Shown piece by piece: positions 50,628 to 63,856 of a stretch of 64,000 nucleotides of DNA. The translations under genes and the position numbers were made by a program. Position 1 is the stretch's first letter; every line of letters starts with the position of its first letter. Origin of the DNA: Mobula hypostoma (taxonomy: Eukaryota); the NCBI RefSeq assembly GCF_963921235.1, contig NC_086099.1, positions 77,066,001-77,130,000 of the forward strand, in the 5' to 3' direction. The notes under the pieces were generated by a model that had not been told where the DNA came from, searched no databases, and saw nothing but the letters and a program-made list of their open reading frames with translations.

Positions 50628-51120
50628 AATAGAAACATAGAAAACCTACAGCACAATACAGGCCCTTCAGCCCACAAAGCTGTGCCCAACATATCCCTAC
50701 CTTAGAACTACCTAGGTTTACCAATAGCCCTCTGTTTTTCTAAGCTCTGTGTAGCCATCTAGGAGTTTCTTAAAAGACCCTATCGTGTCCGCCTCCATCA
50801 CTGCTGCTGGCAGCCCATCCCACACACTCACCACTCTCTGTGTAAAAAACTTACCCCTGACATCTCCTCTGTACCTACTTCCAAGCACCTTAAAACTATG
50901 CCCTTCTCTTGCTAGCCACTTCAGCCCTGGGGAAAAGCCCCTGACTATCCACACGATCAATGCCTATCATTATCTAGGACACCTCTATCAGGTCACCTTT
51001 CATCCTCCATCGCACCAGGGAGAAAAGTCCGACTTCACTCAACCTGTTCTCATAAGGCATGCTCCCCAATCCAGGCAACATCCTTGTAAATCTCCTCTGC
51101 AGCCTTTCTATGGTTTCAAT
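50628..51120 (-). mobile_element. CR1 LINE 3' fragment
   Basis: ORF RYRGDVRGKFFTQRVVSVWDGLPAAVMEADTIGSFKKLLD and a (TTTCTAT)n tail. Confidence 0.85.
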
Positions 51121-52309
51121 GATTTTTGGCTCCTGCTTTCTCCCACAGAACAGACAGAAAAATAAAACAAGGGGCAGCTTTAACTCTACCCTGCCAGTGT
51201 AAGTGTGGTAGCAAATGGTTAAAATTATTTACCACTACTCTTGTTCCATTCTTGCCTTCCTTCAGTTTAACCTCTTTCAATTGGCAAATATTTGTTTAAA
51301 GTCAGCAGGCTCTTCCTTTAAGTATGCAGAGGAATATTTAATTTCAGTTTGAAATGGTGACTCAATTTTGTGGCTTTCCCAATAGCTGAAGTAAGGGAAA
51401 CGTGATCAGGTACTTCTCAAGGACTTCCGTTTTCAACTTTTCTCAAGGCTGAAATATTCTCTAATCTCAGCAGTGAATTTCAAGGCTTCTTTCTTGGTTT
51501 AACTTCCTCCACAATATGAGACTCGACCACAAGTCTTCTTCCACAATATCTGAGTTTTAGATGTTGTTCCTTCAATCTGGGCCAGTGGCCTCCTGACATC
51601 TGAAATAACACTTTGGCTCACTGGCTATCTTTTATTTTGCATTTTAGTGAGATCCTAATGCAGATGAAACCCTGGATTCAGAATCAGTTGTTTTTTTTTT
51701 AAACATTCACTATTTATGATAGAGAAATGATGAACAGTCTGAAAAATTGAGTATGAGCGCCTGGAAATCCTGAAACTTCTAATTAAACAATATTGTGGAG
51801 TATCTTTACTAGAGAATAGCCAGAGCTCAAGAAGTTAGCTCTTCACCAACTACACAAGGGAAATTAAGGATGGGGAGTAAGTGCTGGCCTTACTAGCAAT
51901 ACTCATATCCCTCAATATGAATAAATTTCTAACGAGAAAACTTATGTATGGGAATCCACAGTCTGTTTACTGTTTGATTATATTAACGCTTCTATGCCAC
52001 AATTTGATATTTTCAATATACAGGTAAAATGTAAGCAAATCAATGTCTGTAATTATTTATAAATACAATTATTTCATGAGAATTGAATAAACTTTTGCAG
52101 AAGCAGCAAAGAGCAGAAACATTAGTACCAAGACTGTGTATTACACACATCAATCAATGTGGGGTGAGATTAAAAATTCTTATAAGATCCAGATACTCTT
52201 GATTAGTTTCTGTCTTTGCTTAGAAAAATGTAGATATCTGCAGTTTTAATAACAAGTCAACAACTCAGATTTCAGGATGCTCTAATGCTATGCTGTTCAG
52301 TTTCATCAC

Positions 52310-52450
52310 AAACCAGAGAAAGTCAGCAGATGCTGGAAATCTAAGCAACACACACAAAATGTTGGAGGAACTGACATCCTAATGAAGGGTCTCGGCCCGA
52401 AACGTCAACTATACTCTTTTCCATAGATGTTGCCTGGCCTGCTGAGCTGC
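52310..52450. mobile_element. Short PLE hairpin derivative with near-intact minimal hammerhead core
   Basis: CTAATGA-AGGGTCTCGGCCC-GAAAC-GTC at 52379-52406, flanked by PLE terminal sequences in both orientations. Confidence 0.75.
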
Positions 52451-52695
52451 TTGGTTTGTTGGTTTGTTGGCTTTGGAGACATCAATATTTTTAAAAAGGC
52501 TACTTATCATTAGGGAGAAGATAAGTTTGCTCCATAGGAGCAATTTTGCAAGTTCTACGTCCCAAGTGGGAAAATATACAAAGTTAAACCGTACATTGCT
52601 TGATACACTTGCTTGATGAGAGAAACCTTTTCATCGCTAAAAAGCCATGTTACCTGTTGCTGTACTTAGGCTACTCAGTATCTTGATAACAGAAA

Positions 52696-53725
52696 TATTG
52701 AATTGAATTGACCTTATTACTTACATTCTTCATATACATGAGGAGTAAAAATCTTTACGTTATATCTCCGTCTAAATGTGCAATGTATAGTAATTTATAA
52801 TAAATAGTATGTATGATAGGATAGTCAAAATAACATAGAAATACAGTTGTATCAGCATGCATTAATCAGTCTGATGGCCTGGTGGAAGAAGCTGTCCCGG
52901 AGCCTGCTAGTCCTGGCTTTTATGCTGTGGTACCGTTTCCCGGATGGTAGCTGCTGGAACAGTTTGTGGTTGGGTTGACTCGGGTCCCCAATGATCCTTC
53001 AGGCCCTTTTAACACACCTGTCTTTGTACATGTCCTGAATAGTGGAAAATTCACATCTACAGATGCACTGGGCTGTCTGCATCACTCTCTGCAGAGACCT
53101 GCGATTGAAGGAAGTACAGTCCCCATACCAGGCAGTGATGCAACCAGTCAGGAAGCTCTCAGTTGGGCCCCTATAGAAAGTTCTTAGGATCTGGGGGCCC
53201 CACACCAAACTTCTTCAACTGTCTGAGATGAAGGAGGTGTTGTTGTGCCTTTTTCACTACATAGCCGGTATGTACAGACCACGTGAGATCCTCAGTGGTG
53301 TTTATGCCGAGGAATTTAAAGCTGTTCGCCCTCTTAATCCCAGATCCACTAATCTCAATAGGGGCTAGCCTGTCTCCATTCCTCCTGTAGTCCACAACCA
53401 GCTCCTTTGTTTTTGTGACATTGAGGGAAAGGTTACTACTCTCCCTTCCGCAATGCCTAAAAAGTGCTCCTTTGCCCCCTCCATTTGGAAAATCAGATCA
53501 CTCCTCCATCTTGCTGCTGCCAAAGTACAAGCAGAAGCTGAAAAATGAAGTGGCCATAGTTAAAACTGTCCATTGTTGGTCTGTCCAATCAGCTGGCATG
53601 CTACGGGACTGCTTTGATGACGTCGACTGGAACGTCTTCCATGATGAGGATGTCTCCGAGTTCACGGATGGGATCGCAAGTTTAATCCAGAAGTGCATTG
53701 AGGATGTTGTCCCCCGATTTCCCGG
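52696..53725 (-). mobile_element. Rex1/Babar LINE with inverted 5' segment (53436-53725 on +)
   Basis: Minus-strand RT end (SFKFLGI..VVKKAQQHL, ILRTFYRGPTESFLTGCITAWYG) abuts a plus-strand endonuclease end (PPFGKSDHSSILLLPKYKQKLK..LRDCFDDVDWNVF). Confidence 0.85.
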
Positions 53726-54435
53726 ATGATGTTATGAACTCTCAAACTCTTTCAAGAGACACTTTTAATGCTTTCTTAATGAAAGTTAGAATGTTAGCAG
53801 ATAATTCCATCACTCATTTATCATAGATTTGTTGATTTGTGGAATTAGGAGTCCAAGCTAAAGGAATGGCTACCCCATGACAGAGTTCATTTCAGAAATT
53901 TACACATTTACAAACCCGTAAAACTAACCCAAGTGAAACAATTTATATTGGATGGTGAATGCCAATAAGCTACAGGGTGGCACAGACACAATGGCTCAGA
54001 AGTTACAATTATTAGTGCTGAAAAAGAACTACCTTGCATTTGGGATAAAAAAGTATGTGCAACGTCAATTGAAAAATAATTTCTCCAAACAAGATACAAT
54101 GAAGAGCACAATAGTAGTCCAGAGAGTGGATGACAATAAGAAAGAGAGTCAAGGTTGCATTCAGATTGTCAGCTGAGACAAGTGCATGATGCCAAAATGA
54201 GCAAGTCCTGTGGAAGGATCACCTATCAAGAGGTATCTACACGTTGATGCGAGGGCAAGTGCAGACACCTCACAAATATAGGAAAAGAATAATAGATCAG
54301 TAGGCAAATTAAACTAACAAAAAAGTTTCACCCCAATAAGATTGTTGTTTTTCAAAGCAAGCAGCCACTTCAGCTGCATTGTTTTCAAATGAAGATACAA
54401 ATCCTTTTCATAGAACAGGGCAACAAAAGTACCAA

Positions 54436-56095
54436 ATGAGAAAATCTGCAGATACTGGAAATCCGAGCAACACTCACAAATGCTGGAGGAACTCAGCAGG
54501 TCAGGCAGCATCTGTGGGAAAAAAGTGCAGTCGATGTTTGGGGCCAAACCCTTCTGCAGGACTGGAGAAAAGAAGCTGACGAGTAGATTTAAAGGTGGGG
54601 GGAGGGGAGAGAGAAACACCAGGTGATAGGTGAAACCTGGAGGGGGATGGATGAGGAAAAGAGCTAGGAAGTTGATTGGTGTAAAAGACAGAAGGCCATA
54701 GAAGAAAGAAAATGGGGAAAGGAGCACCATAGGGAAGTGGTGGACTGGCAAAGAGATGAGATAAGAGAGGGAAAAGGGGATGGGAAATGGAGAAGGTGGG
54801 GGCAGGTTGAGGGGCATTACTGGAAGTTTGAGAAATTGATGTTCATTCCATCAGGTCGGAGGCTACACAAACGGAATACAAGGTGTTGTTCCTCCAACCT
54901 AAGAGTGGCCTCATCATGACAGTGATGGGGGCCATGGATGAATATGTCAGAATGGAAATAGGAAGTAGAATTAAAATGGGTGGATCTCAGGATGAGCTTT
55001 TCATTCTGGAACAAAGGATATGTCCTCCTTTTTCAAAGAAAAGGGCTTCACTTCCTCCACCATCAACACTGCCCTCAACCACATCTCTTCCATTTCACGC
55101 ATGTCTGCTTTTACCCCATCCTACCAGGTTCCTCTTGTCCTCACCTATCTATCACCCCACCAGATTCCACACTGAGCACATAATTCTCTGAAACTTCTGT
55201 CACCTCCAACAGAATCCCACCTCCAAGCACATCTTTCCCTGCCGCCCCCCGCCCCCCACTTTCTGCTTTCTACATGGATTGCTCCCTACACGACTCCCTT
55301 GTCCATTCGTCCCTCCCCACTGATCTCTCTCCTGGCACTTATCGTTTCAAGCAGAACAAGTGCTACACCTACCCTTAGACCTCCTCCCTCACTACCATCC
55401 AGGGCCCTAAATAGTCCTTCAAGGTGACATGACTCTTCACCTGTGAGTCTGTTAGGGTCATTCACTACGTGTGGTGCTCCTGGTGTGGCCTCCTGTACAA
55501 CAGTGAGACCCAACATAGATTGGGAGACTGCTTCACCGAGCATCTATGCTCCGTCCACCAGAACAAGTGGGATCTCCCAGTGTCCACCCATTTTAATTCC
55601 ACTTCCCATTCCCATTCCGATATCTCCATCCATGGCCTCCATGACTATCATGATAAGGCCACACTTACGTTGGAGGAACAACACCTTATATTCTGTTTGG
55701 GTAGCCTCTAACCTGATGGCATGAACATTGATTGCTCAAAATTCTGGTAATGCCCTCAATCCCCCCTCCTTCTCCATTTCCCATCTCATTTTTCCTCTCT
55801 CACCTCATCTCCTTGCCTGGCCATTGCCTCCCTCTGGTGATTTACCGACCTTATCTTTCTTCCATGGTCTTCTGTCTCTTTCACCAATCAACTTCCCAGC
55901 TCTTTACTTCATCCCTCTCCATCCAGGTTTCACCCATCACCTGGTGGTTCTCCACACCCTCCCCCCACCTTTTAAAGCTACTGCTCAGCTTTTTCTCTCC
56001 AGTGCTGCAAAAGGGTTTTGGGCAAAACGTCAACTGTACCTTTTTCAATAGGTGCTGCCTGGCCTCCAGAGTTCATTCAGCATTTTATGTGTGTT
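54436..56095. mobile_element. Penelope-like element remnant with inverted arrangement (54436-54985 minus; 54986-56095 plus)
   Basis: The GIY-YIG C-terminus (LEEQHL.F.L.SL.PDGMNI) and 3' pLTR are present on both arms in opposite orientation and are homologous to 7280-7934. Confidence 0.9.
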
Positions 56096-56104
56096 AAACG
56101 AAAA

Positions 56105-56912
56105 GATCAATGTCATATATTCATCATCAAATGGCAATGAGGAAGCATACAGGAGTGAAATAGATTAGCTAGGTGAGTGGTGTTACAACTGCAACCTTTC
56201 ATTCAGTGTCAGTGAGACCAAGGAAACATCAGGAAAGGGAAGTTGGGAAAACCTACACCAGTCCTCATTAAGAGGTCAGTGATGGCAAAAGTGAGCCACT
56301 TCAAATTCCTCATAGGATCTTTCCTAGGTCCAATTCACTGGTGCCATCACGAACAAGACATGTCAACATCTCTACTTTGTTAGAAGTTTTAGGATATTCA
56401 GTATGTCACCAAAGACTCCTGCAAGTTTCTACAAATTAGAGATGAGAGTAGAGAGCATTCTGATTGGTTGCATCACCATCTGGTACCAAGGATCAAGATT
56501 CAAGGATCACAAGAGGCTGCAGAGGGTTGCAGACCCAGTGAGCTCCACCATGGGCACAGTGCTCCCCACCATCAATGCCATCTTCAAGAGGCATTGCCTC
56601 ATGAAGGTGGCATCCACCACGAAGCACCCACACCATCTGGGAAATGTTCTCTTCTTGTTATTACCATCAAGGAGGAGGTAAAGGCGCCTGAAGACCTACA
56701 CGCAATGATTTAGAAACAGCTTCTTCCCATCCACTGTCAGGTTTTTGAATGTTTCATGAACCCATTAACACTACCTCATTAATTTTTTCATGCACTGTTT
56801 ATTTATTTTGTAATTTATAGTAGTTGTTATGTCTTTACAATACATTGCTGCTGCAAAATAACAAATTTCACATTACTCAAATCAGTGACAATAAACTAAT
56901 TCTAATTCTGAA
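56105..56912 (+). mobile_element. Rex1/Babar LINE 3' fragment
   Basis: VESILIGCITIWY...HKRLQRV...LPSRRR and an AATAAAC..ATTCT tail. Confidence 0.75.
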
Positions 56913-57719
56913 TCCTAACTGAGCAGAAATTTTCTTACTGAGGCAAATTCTAGTGTCTATTAAAGACAAACTGAAAGCTGAGTTGGAAAGGTTAACTAAG
57001 GCAAATATAGTATCCCAGTACAGATGTCTACTCTCTGGGTAGGTGTTGTGGAAATATAGCTCAATCTTGAGAATTTAGTTCAGCTTAAGGGAGTTTAATA
57101 AAGCTCTGAACAAAAGCTACCATCCTATGTAGACAAGAGAAGATTTTTTTTCCCCTGAGCAAAGGAACATTTTCATTGTGTTATGTGCAAAGAATGGATT
57201 TTAGCATGCAGTGACATATTGAGGGGATTTCATATTTTACATGTTTTAATATGCCAGGTAATTGGTACATCCTAGAAGGGTGGTAATTATTGACTCAACA
57301 GAGCTCTAGAAAAATTTGTAATGAAGGTTGTATGCAGTCATTGATGACCTCAGTGATGTAGAGAACACAGCAGCTTTCATATCATTCCTTGAAGAAGGCA
57401 CTTTGGTCAAATAGAGTGGGTAAGAGCATGACCAGAAATTAATTCCCTGATAAGCAGATACAGAGAAAACTAAAGCTAAATGAACAAAGGTTGACTTTTG
57501 GAATATAAGTAGATATTGAAAATATTCCACAGGTCAGAAAGTGGTTTACAGAGAGAGAAGGTATTTACTGGGCTGGGATGAATGCGATGTTATGCAACCT
57601 GAAACATTAATTCTGCTTTTCTCTCCCCAGAGATGCTGCCTGACCTATGGAACATATCTAATTTTGTCTGCTTTTATTTTATATTTCCTATATCCAGAGT
57701 TCTTATTTTGTTCTCCAAA

Positions 57720-58010
57720 AAAAATACTGGAATTCAAAATGAAGGAGTTCTCCTTCATGGGCTACCTGATAACCAGAGATTATTTGAAACTAGATCCTAC
57801 AAAAGTCATGCAATGAAGAAATCACCGAACATTCTGTATACCATGAATTTACAGTATTTTTCTGTGATTTATCCTTGACCCGAGCAACATTTTTCTCCAT
57901 CTGAGTGAGAAGGGTGAGCTATGCATACAGTAGCTCAGGAAGGATGTGGAATGTTGTTGTTTGGATGATCTTCATTAGGTGTTCAAATAGATACAAGGTA
58001 TGGTCAGAGC
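57720..58010 (+). pseudogene. Isolated Gypsy RT C-terminal fragment
   Basis: EFKMKEFSFMGYLITRDYLKLDPTKV resembles the Gypsy RT 'F..EV.YLGH.I..G...DP.KV' motif. Confidence 0.5.
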
Positions 58011-58099
58011 AAAGAAGAAACAGGTAAGAAGGAGGTGACACCACAGGCAGAGGGAAGTTCTGGAGAAGGGATGTTGCAGAATGGTCAGCTGGATGTGCA

Positions 58100-58600
58100 T
58101 CCTATAGATGTTCTGTGGAGAACACTAACTGTTTGCATCAACATCTGGTTTGGAGAGACCACTGCACAGGATCAAAACAGGTTGCAAAAAGCTGCAAACT
58201 CACCTGCTCCATCATGGGCACAAGCCTCCCTGGCATTGAGAACATTTTCAAAAGGTGATGCCTCAATATAGAGGTATCCATCAGTAAGGACCCCCCTCAC
58301 CCAGGACAGGCCCTCTTCTCATTGCTACTATCAAGGAAGAGGTACTGGAGCCTGAAGATAGACAGTTAACATTTTAAGAACAGCTCTTTCCCTTTGCTAT
58401 CAGATTTCTGAATGGACAATAAACCCATGTACACTAACTCAATACAGTTTTTCCCTTTTGCTCTCTTTTTGCACTACATATTTAATTTATTTTTATGTAT
58501 ATTCCTTACTGTAATTTATAGTTTTTATTATGTATTACAATGTACTGCTGCCACAAAACACATTTTATGGCATATGCCAATGATATTAAACCTGATTCTG
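58100..58600 (+). mobile_element. Rex1/Babar LINE 3' fragment
   Basis: LTVCINIWFGETTAQDQNRLQK and tail GATATTAAACCTGATTCTGA. Confidence 0.7.
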
Positions 58601-58689
58601 AGATGTTACATGGTAATTATAAGAGAGCTACTTGCTGTGAACACGGGTCAGCAGAGTTTTCACCAATACATACAGGTGAAAGTAATGAA

Positions 58690-59050
58690 TGGAGGTGCAA
58701 GAGACTGTGGCTGCTGGAATGTGGAACAAATAAAAACAAACTGTGGAAAAAAGCAGCAAATTTGGAGGAAAATGGATGGTCAAGGTGTTGGTTGAGACTC
58801 TGCATCGGGACTGAGAATGTAGAGGGAAGACTGAGAGGAAGGGTTGAGTCAGAGGTCGATAGGTGATAAGTAGAGACAGACGAAAGATGGATTATGGGCA
58901 GGTGGAAGCAGGTGAGGGCAAGGGGATGGGGTAGGAAAAATAAACCAAAGGAGAAGAAATCTGGGAAGATTGGTACATGCATGACTGGCAGATGAAACCA
59001 TTTGGTAGAGGGTAATGCGTCTAGGTAAGGGGGAGGTGGTGAGCAGGAGA
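58690..59050 (-). mobile_element. Old PLE 3'-end remnant
   Basis: Purine-rich pLTR-like tract with a decayed CAGTCCCGATGCAGAGTCTCAACC core on minus, resembling 54436-54800. Confidence 0.5.
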
Positions 59051-59427
59051 GGAAGGATGAGCATTAAGAGATAAGTAATGGTGACCTAATGAGACAGGCA
59101 CACAATTATAACTCATGTGCTAAAGAGCTGTTGCCACTAATAATTAGAGCCTTGGCTAAACTGGAGTCAATGGGATTCGGAGAGCAATTCTTCCACTGGT
59201 TGGAATCATACCTAACACAAAGCGATCTTTACAATGATCAATGCCATTTGTTAGGGCATTTTTGGGGTTAGGACACATAGCAAGATATTAACTATTAACT
59301 TCAGCAACTAACTTCAGCCACCAATCTTCAGATCAGAATATGGACTGTAGATTAAATTTAAAATGCAGAGCTGGACAATGGGTTCCAAAGAGGCATAAGC
59401 CACAGTTAATTGAAAAACTAGATAATG

Positions 59428-62400
59428 TAACCATATAATAACCAAATAACAATTACAGCACAGAAACAGGCCAACTTGGCCCTCCTAGTCCGTGCCGAAT
59501 GCTTACTTTCACCTAGTCCCACCGACCTGCACTCAGCCCATAACCTCCATTCCTTTCCTGTCCATATAGCTATCCAATTTTACTTTAAATGACAATATTG
59601 AGCCTGCCTCTACCACTTCTACTGGAAGCTTGTTCCACACAGCCACCACTCTCTGAGTAAAGAAGTTCCCCCTCGTGTTACCCCTAAACTTTTTCCCCCT
59701 AACTCTCAACTGATGTCCTCTCATTTGAATCTCTGGTACTCTCAATGGAAAAAGCCTATCCATGTCAACTCTATCAATCCCCCTCATAATTTTAAATACC
59801 TTTATCAAGTCCCCCCTCAACCTCCTATGCTCTAAAGAATAAAGACCCAACTTGCTCAACCTTTCTCTGTAACTTAGGTGAAGAAACACAGGTAAAATTC
59901 TAGTAAATCTTCTCTGTACTCTCTCTATTTTGTTGGCATCATTCCTATAATTCGGTGACCAGAACTGTACACAATACTCCAAATTTGGCCTTACCATTGC
60001 ATTGTACAATTTTAACATTACATCCCAACTCCTATACTCAATGCTCTGATTTATAAAGGCCAGCATACCAAAAGCTTTCTTAACCACCCTATCCACATGA
60101 GATTACACCTTCAGGGAACTACGCACCATTATTCCTAGATCTCTCTGTTCTACTGCATTCTTCAATGCCCTACCATTTACCATATATGTCCTATTTAGAT
60201 TAGTCCTACCAAAATGTAGCACCTCACACTTATCGGCATTAAACTCCATCTGCCATCTTTCAGCCCACTCTTCTAACTGGCCTAAATCTCTCTGCAAGCG
60301 TTGAAAGCCTTATCCACAATGCCACCTATCTTAGTATCATCTGCATACTTACTAATCCAATTTACCACCCCATCTTCCAGATCATTAATGTATATGACAA
60401 ACAACATTGGACCCAGTACAGATCCCTGAGGCACACCACTAGTCACCGGCCTCCAACCTGACAAACAGTTATCCACCACTATTCTCTGGTATCCCCCATC
60501 AAGCCACTGTTGAATCCATTTTACTACTTCAATATTAATACCTAACAATTGAACCTTCCTAACTAACCTTCCGTGTGGAACCTTGTCAAAGGCATTATTG
60601 AAGTCCATATAGACAACATCCACTGCTTTACCCTCGTCAACTTTCCTAGTAACCTCTTCAAAAAATTCAGTAAAGTTTGTCAAGCATGACCTTCCACGCA
60701 CAAATCCATGTTGACTGTTCCTGATCAGACCCTGTCTATCCAGATAATTATATATACCATTTCTAAGAGTACTTTCCATTAATTTACCCACCACTGACGT
60801 CAAACTTACAGGTTGATAATTGCTAGGTTTACTCTTAGAACTCTTTTTAGACAATGGATCAACATGAGCAATACACCAATCCTCCGGCACCATCCCGTTT
60901 CTAATGACATTTGAAATATCTCTGTCACAACCCCTGCTATTTCTACACTAACTACCCGCAAGGTCCTTGGGAATATCCTGTCAGGATCCGGAGACATATC
61001 CACTTTTATATTCCTTAAAAGCGCCAATACTTCCTTTTCTTTAACCATCATAGTTTCCATAACTTTTCTACCTGTTTCCCTTACCTTACACAATTCAATA
61101 TCCTTCTCTATAGTGAATACCGAAGAAAATAAATGGTTCAAAATCTCCCCCATCTCTTTTGATTCCACACATAGCTGTCCACTCTGATCCTCTAAGGGAC
61201 CAATTTTATCCCTCACTATCTTTTTGCTATTAATGTAACTGTAAAAACCCTTTGGATTTATTTTCACCTTACTTGTCAAAGTAACCTCATATCTTCTTTT
61301 AGCTTTTCTAATTTCTTTCTTAAGATTCTTCTTACATTCTTTATATTCCTCAAGCACCTCATTTACTCCATGCTGCCTATATTTATTGTAGATATCTCTC
61401 TTTTTCTGAACCAAGTTTCCAATATCCCTTGAAAACCATGGCTCTCTCAAACTTTTAACCTTTCCTTTCAACCTACTCGGAACATAAAGATACTGTACCC
61501 TCAAAATTTCACCTTTAAATGACCTTCATTTCTCTATTACATCCTTCCCATAAAACAATTTGTCCCAATCCACTCCTTCTAAATCCTTTCGCATCGCCTC
61601 AATGTTAGCCTTTCTCCAATCAAAAATCTCAACCCTGGGTCCAGACCTATCCTTCTCCATAATTATATTGAAACTAATGGCATTGTGATCACTGGACCTG
61701 AAGTGCTCCCCAACACATACCTCCGGCACCTGACCTATCTCATTCCCTAACACAAGATCCAACTCTGCCCCTTCTCTAGTTGGTACCTCTATGTATTGCT
61801 GCAAAAAATATCCTACAAATATTTTACAAATTCCAAACCATCCAGCCCTTTTACAGTATGGGCTTCCCAGTCTATGTGTGGAAAATTAAAATCTCCCACA
61901 ATGACAACCTTTAATGCTCCTAGCATTAAAATAAATGCATTTATGAAATTTTCCACCTCTTACTCTCTGTTTATCACTGACATTGCAAACAACTTTACTA
62001 TCTCCTTTTTCTTCCTTCTCCCCTACATCTGTGCCCACATACTGGTTCCCCTACCCCCTTGTATCTAGTTTAAATCCACTGGAGCCTCTCTAACAAACTT
62101 ACCTGCAAGAATATTTGTCCCCCTCCAGTTCAGATGTAAACCATCCTACCAGAACAGGTCCCACCTCCCCTGGAAAACTGCCCAATTATCTATAAATCTG
62201 AAGCCCTCCCTCCTGCACCATGTCTTCAGCCACATGTTGACCTGCGCTATCTTACTATTTCTAAACCCTCCTGCACATGGCACTGGTAACAATTCTGAGA
62301 TTGCTATCCTGGAGTTCTTGTCCTTTAACTTGGAGCCTAACTTCCTAAACTCACCTTTCAGGACCTCCTCACTCTTCCTACCTGTGTTATTGGTCCTTAC

Positions 62401-63245
62401 TTGGACCATGACATCTGGCTGCTCTCCCTCCCTCTTGAGAATACTGAGAACTCGATCCGAGATATCGTGGACCCTGGCACCAGGGAGGCAACAGACCATC
62501 TGGGATTCTCAATCTCTCCCACAGAACCTCTTATCTGTCCCCCTAACCACCGAATCCCCTATCACTATTGCACTCCTCTTTTCCTTCCTTCCCTTCTGAG
62601 CTGAGGGTCCAGTCTCGGTGCCAGAGACGCAACCAGTGCAACTTGTCCCTGGTAGGTCATCCCCATCAACAGTATTCAAAACTATATACTTATTATTGGG
62701 GGGAATGGCCACAGGGGTGCTCTGCTCATTCTGTCTATTCCCCTTCCCTCTCCTGACAGTCAAACACCTACCTGTCTCCTGACTCTTAGGGATGACTATC
62801 TCTCTGTAACTCCTGTTTTGTTTCCGCCTCTGCCTCCCAAATGATTCAAAGCTCATCCAGTTCCAGCTCCAGTTCCCTAACTTGGTTTGTCAGGAGCTGC
62901 AGCTGGATGCACCTTTTACAGGTGTAGTCATCAGGGACAATTGTGCTCGCCCTGACTTCCCACATATTGCAAATGGAGCACTCAACTGCCTTAACAGCTG
63001 CTACTATTACCTACTCCTCAGGTAATTAAATCAATTAAAGGAACTTACCCAGCCTTACTCATTTGGAGTGAAACTTGTCCTCAGCCTCTGCTCGCCAAAG
63101 CCTCTCGAGCTAAAGCCTTCCGACTCTGTCTCCCTCTACTCTGTCGCCCGCTCCATTTATCTGCTCACTTTTTAACTCTCCCGCTGCCTCACAGTCCGAC
63201 TTTCATGTGCTTGTGCAGTTGTGCCCCGTTCAATCGCTGAAGAAA
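59428..63245 (-). mobile_element. Near full-length CR1 LINE (ORF1 zinc-finger/esterase + ORF2 RT), frameshifted, with deletion in the endonuclease
   Basis: ORF1 CSICNMWEV..YTCKRC, IVIGDSVVRG, VCCLPGARV. ORF2 [60 protein letters not shown]. 3' tail at ~59430. Confidence 0.95.
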
Positions 63246-63298
63246 TCTGATTGAACATACTGATTTAATACTGATTTAACATTCACCTGTGTGTATTT

Positions 63299-63603
63299 GG
63301 TGGGCATGTGGCCAAGTGGTTAAGGCATTGGACTAGCTACCTGAAGGTCGTGAGTTCGAGCCCCAGCTGAGGGAATGTGTTGTGTCCCTGAGCAAGGCAC
63401 TTAATCATACATTGCTCTGTGACGACACTGGTGCCAAGCTGTATGGGTCCTAATGCCCTTCTCTTGGACAACATTGGTGTCGTGGAGAGGGGAGACTTGC
63501 AGCATGGGCAACTGCTGGTCTTCCATACAACCTTGCCCAGGCTTGCGCCCTGGAAAGTGAAGACTTTCCAGGCGCAGATCCATGGTCTCGCAAGACTAAC
63601 GGA
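63299..63603 (+). mobile_element. tRNA-derived SINE
   Basis: A-box TGGCCAAGTGG, B-box GAGTTCGAGCC, CORE-like TGTGTCCCTGAGCAAGGCACTTAA, and an 11-bp TSD TGTGTGTATTT (63288-63298, 63604-63614). Confidence 0.85.
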
Positions 63604-63856
63604 TGTGTGTATTTAATGTGGGTGCGAAGAAGGAGGTATGAAAATTTTATGTAATTCAAAGGAAGCATTGTGGATATATTGTAAATATAGAGTTGTCCTT
63701 TGATCTTTAGCATATGAAATGTCACGTTGGGTAAGGCAGGTCTCTTTCTCCGATAGGGTCTCAACGTGATGCTTGCTGTGTCTCACCTTGTCGAAATAAA
63801 GTCTCTTTCATATCTACCAGCAACATCTCTCCAGTGACTTTGTTCATGTTACAACA
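63604..63856 (+). mobile_element. Possible solo LTR
   Basis: TGTGTGTATTTAAT start resembling the 30773 LTR end, AATAAA, and an ...ACAACA end. No TSD was found. Confidence 0.4.

Noticed and set aside
63299-63372. tRNA gene
   Set aside because: It is the head of a SINE: followed by a CORE-like body and flanked by an 11-bp TSD, with a poor acceptor stem.
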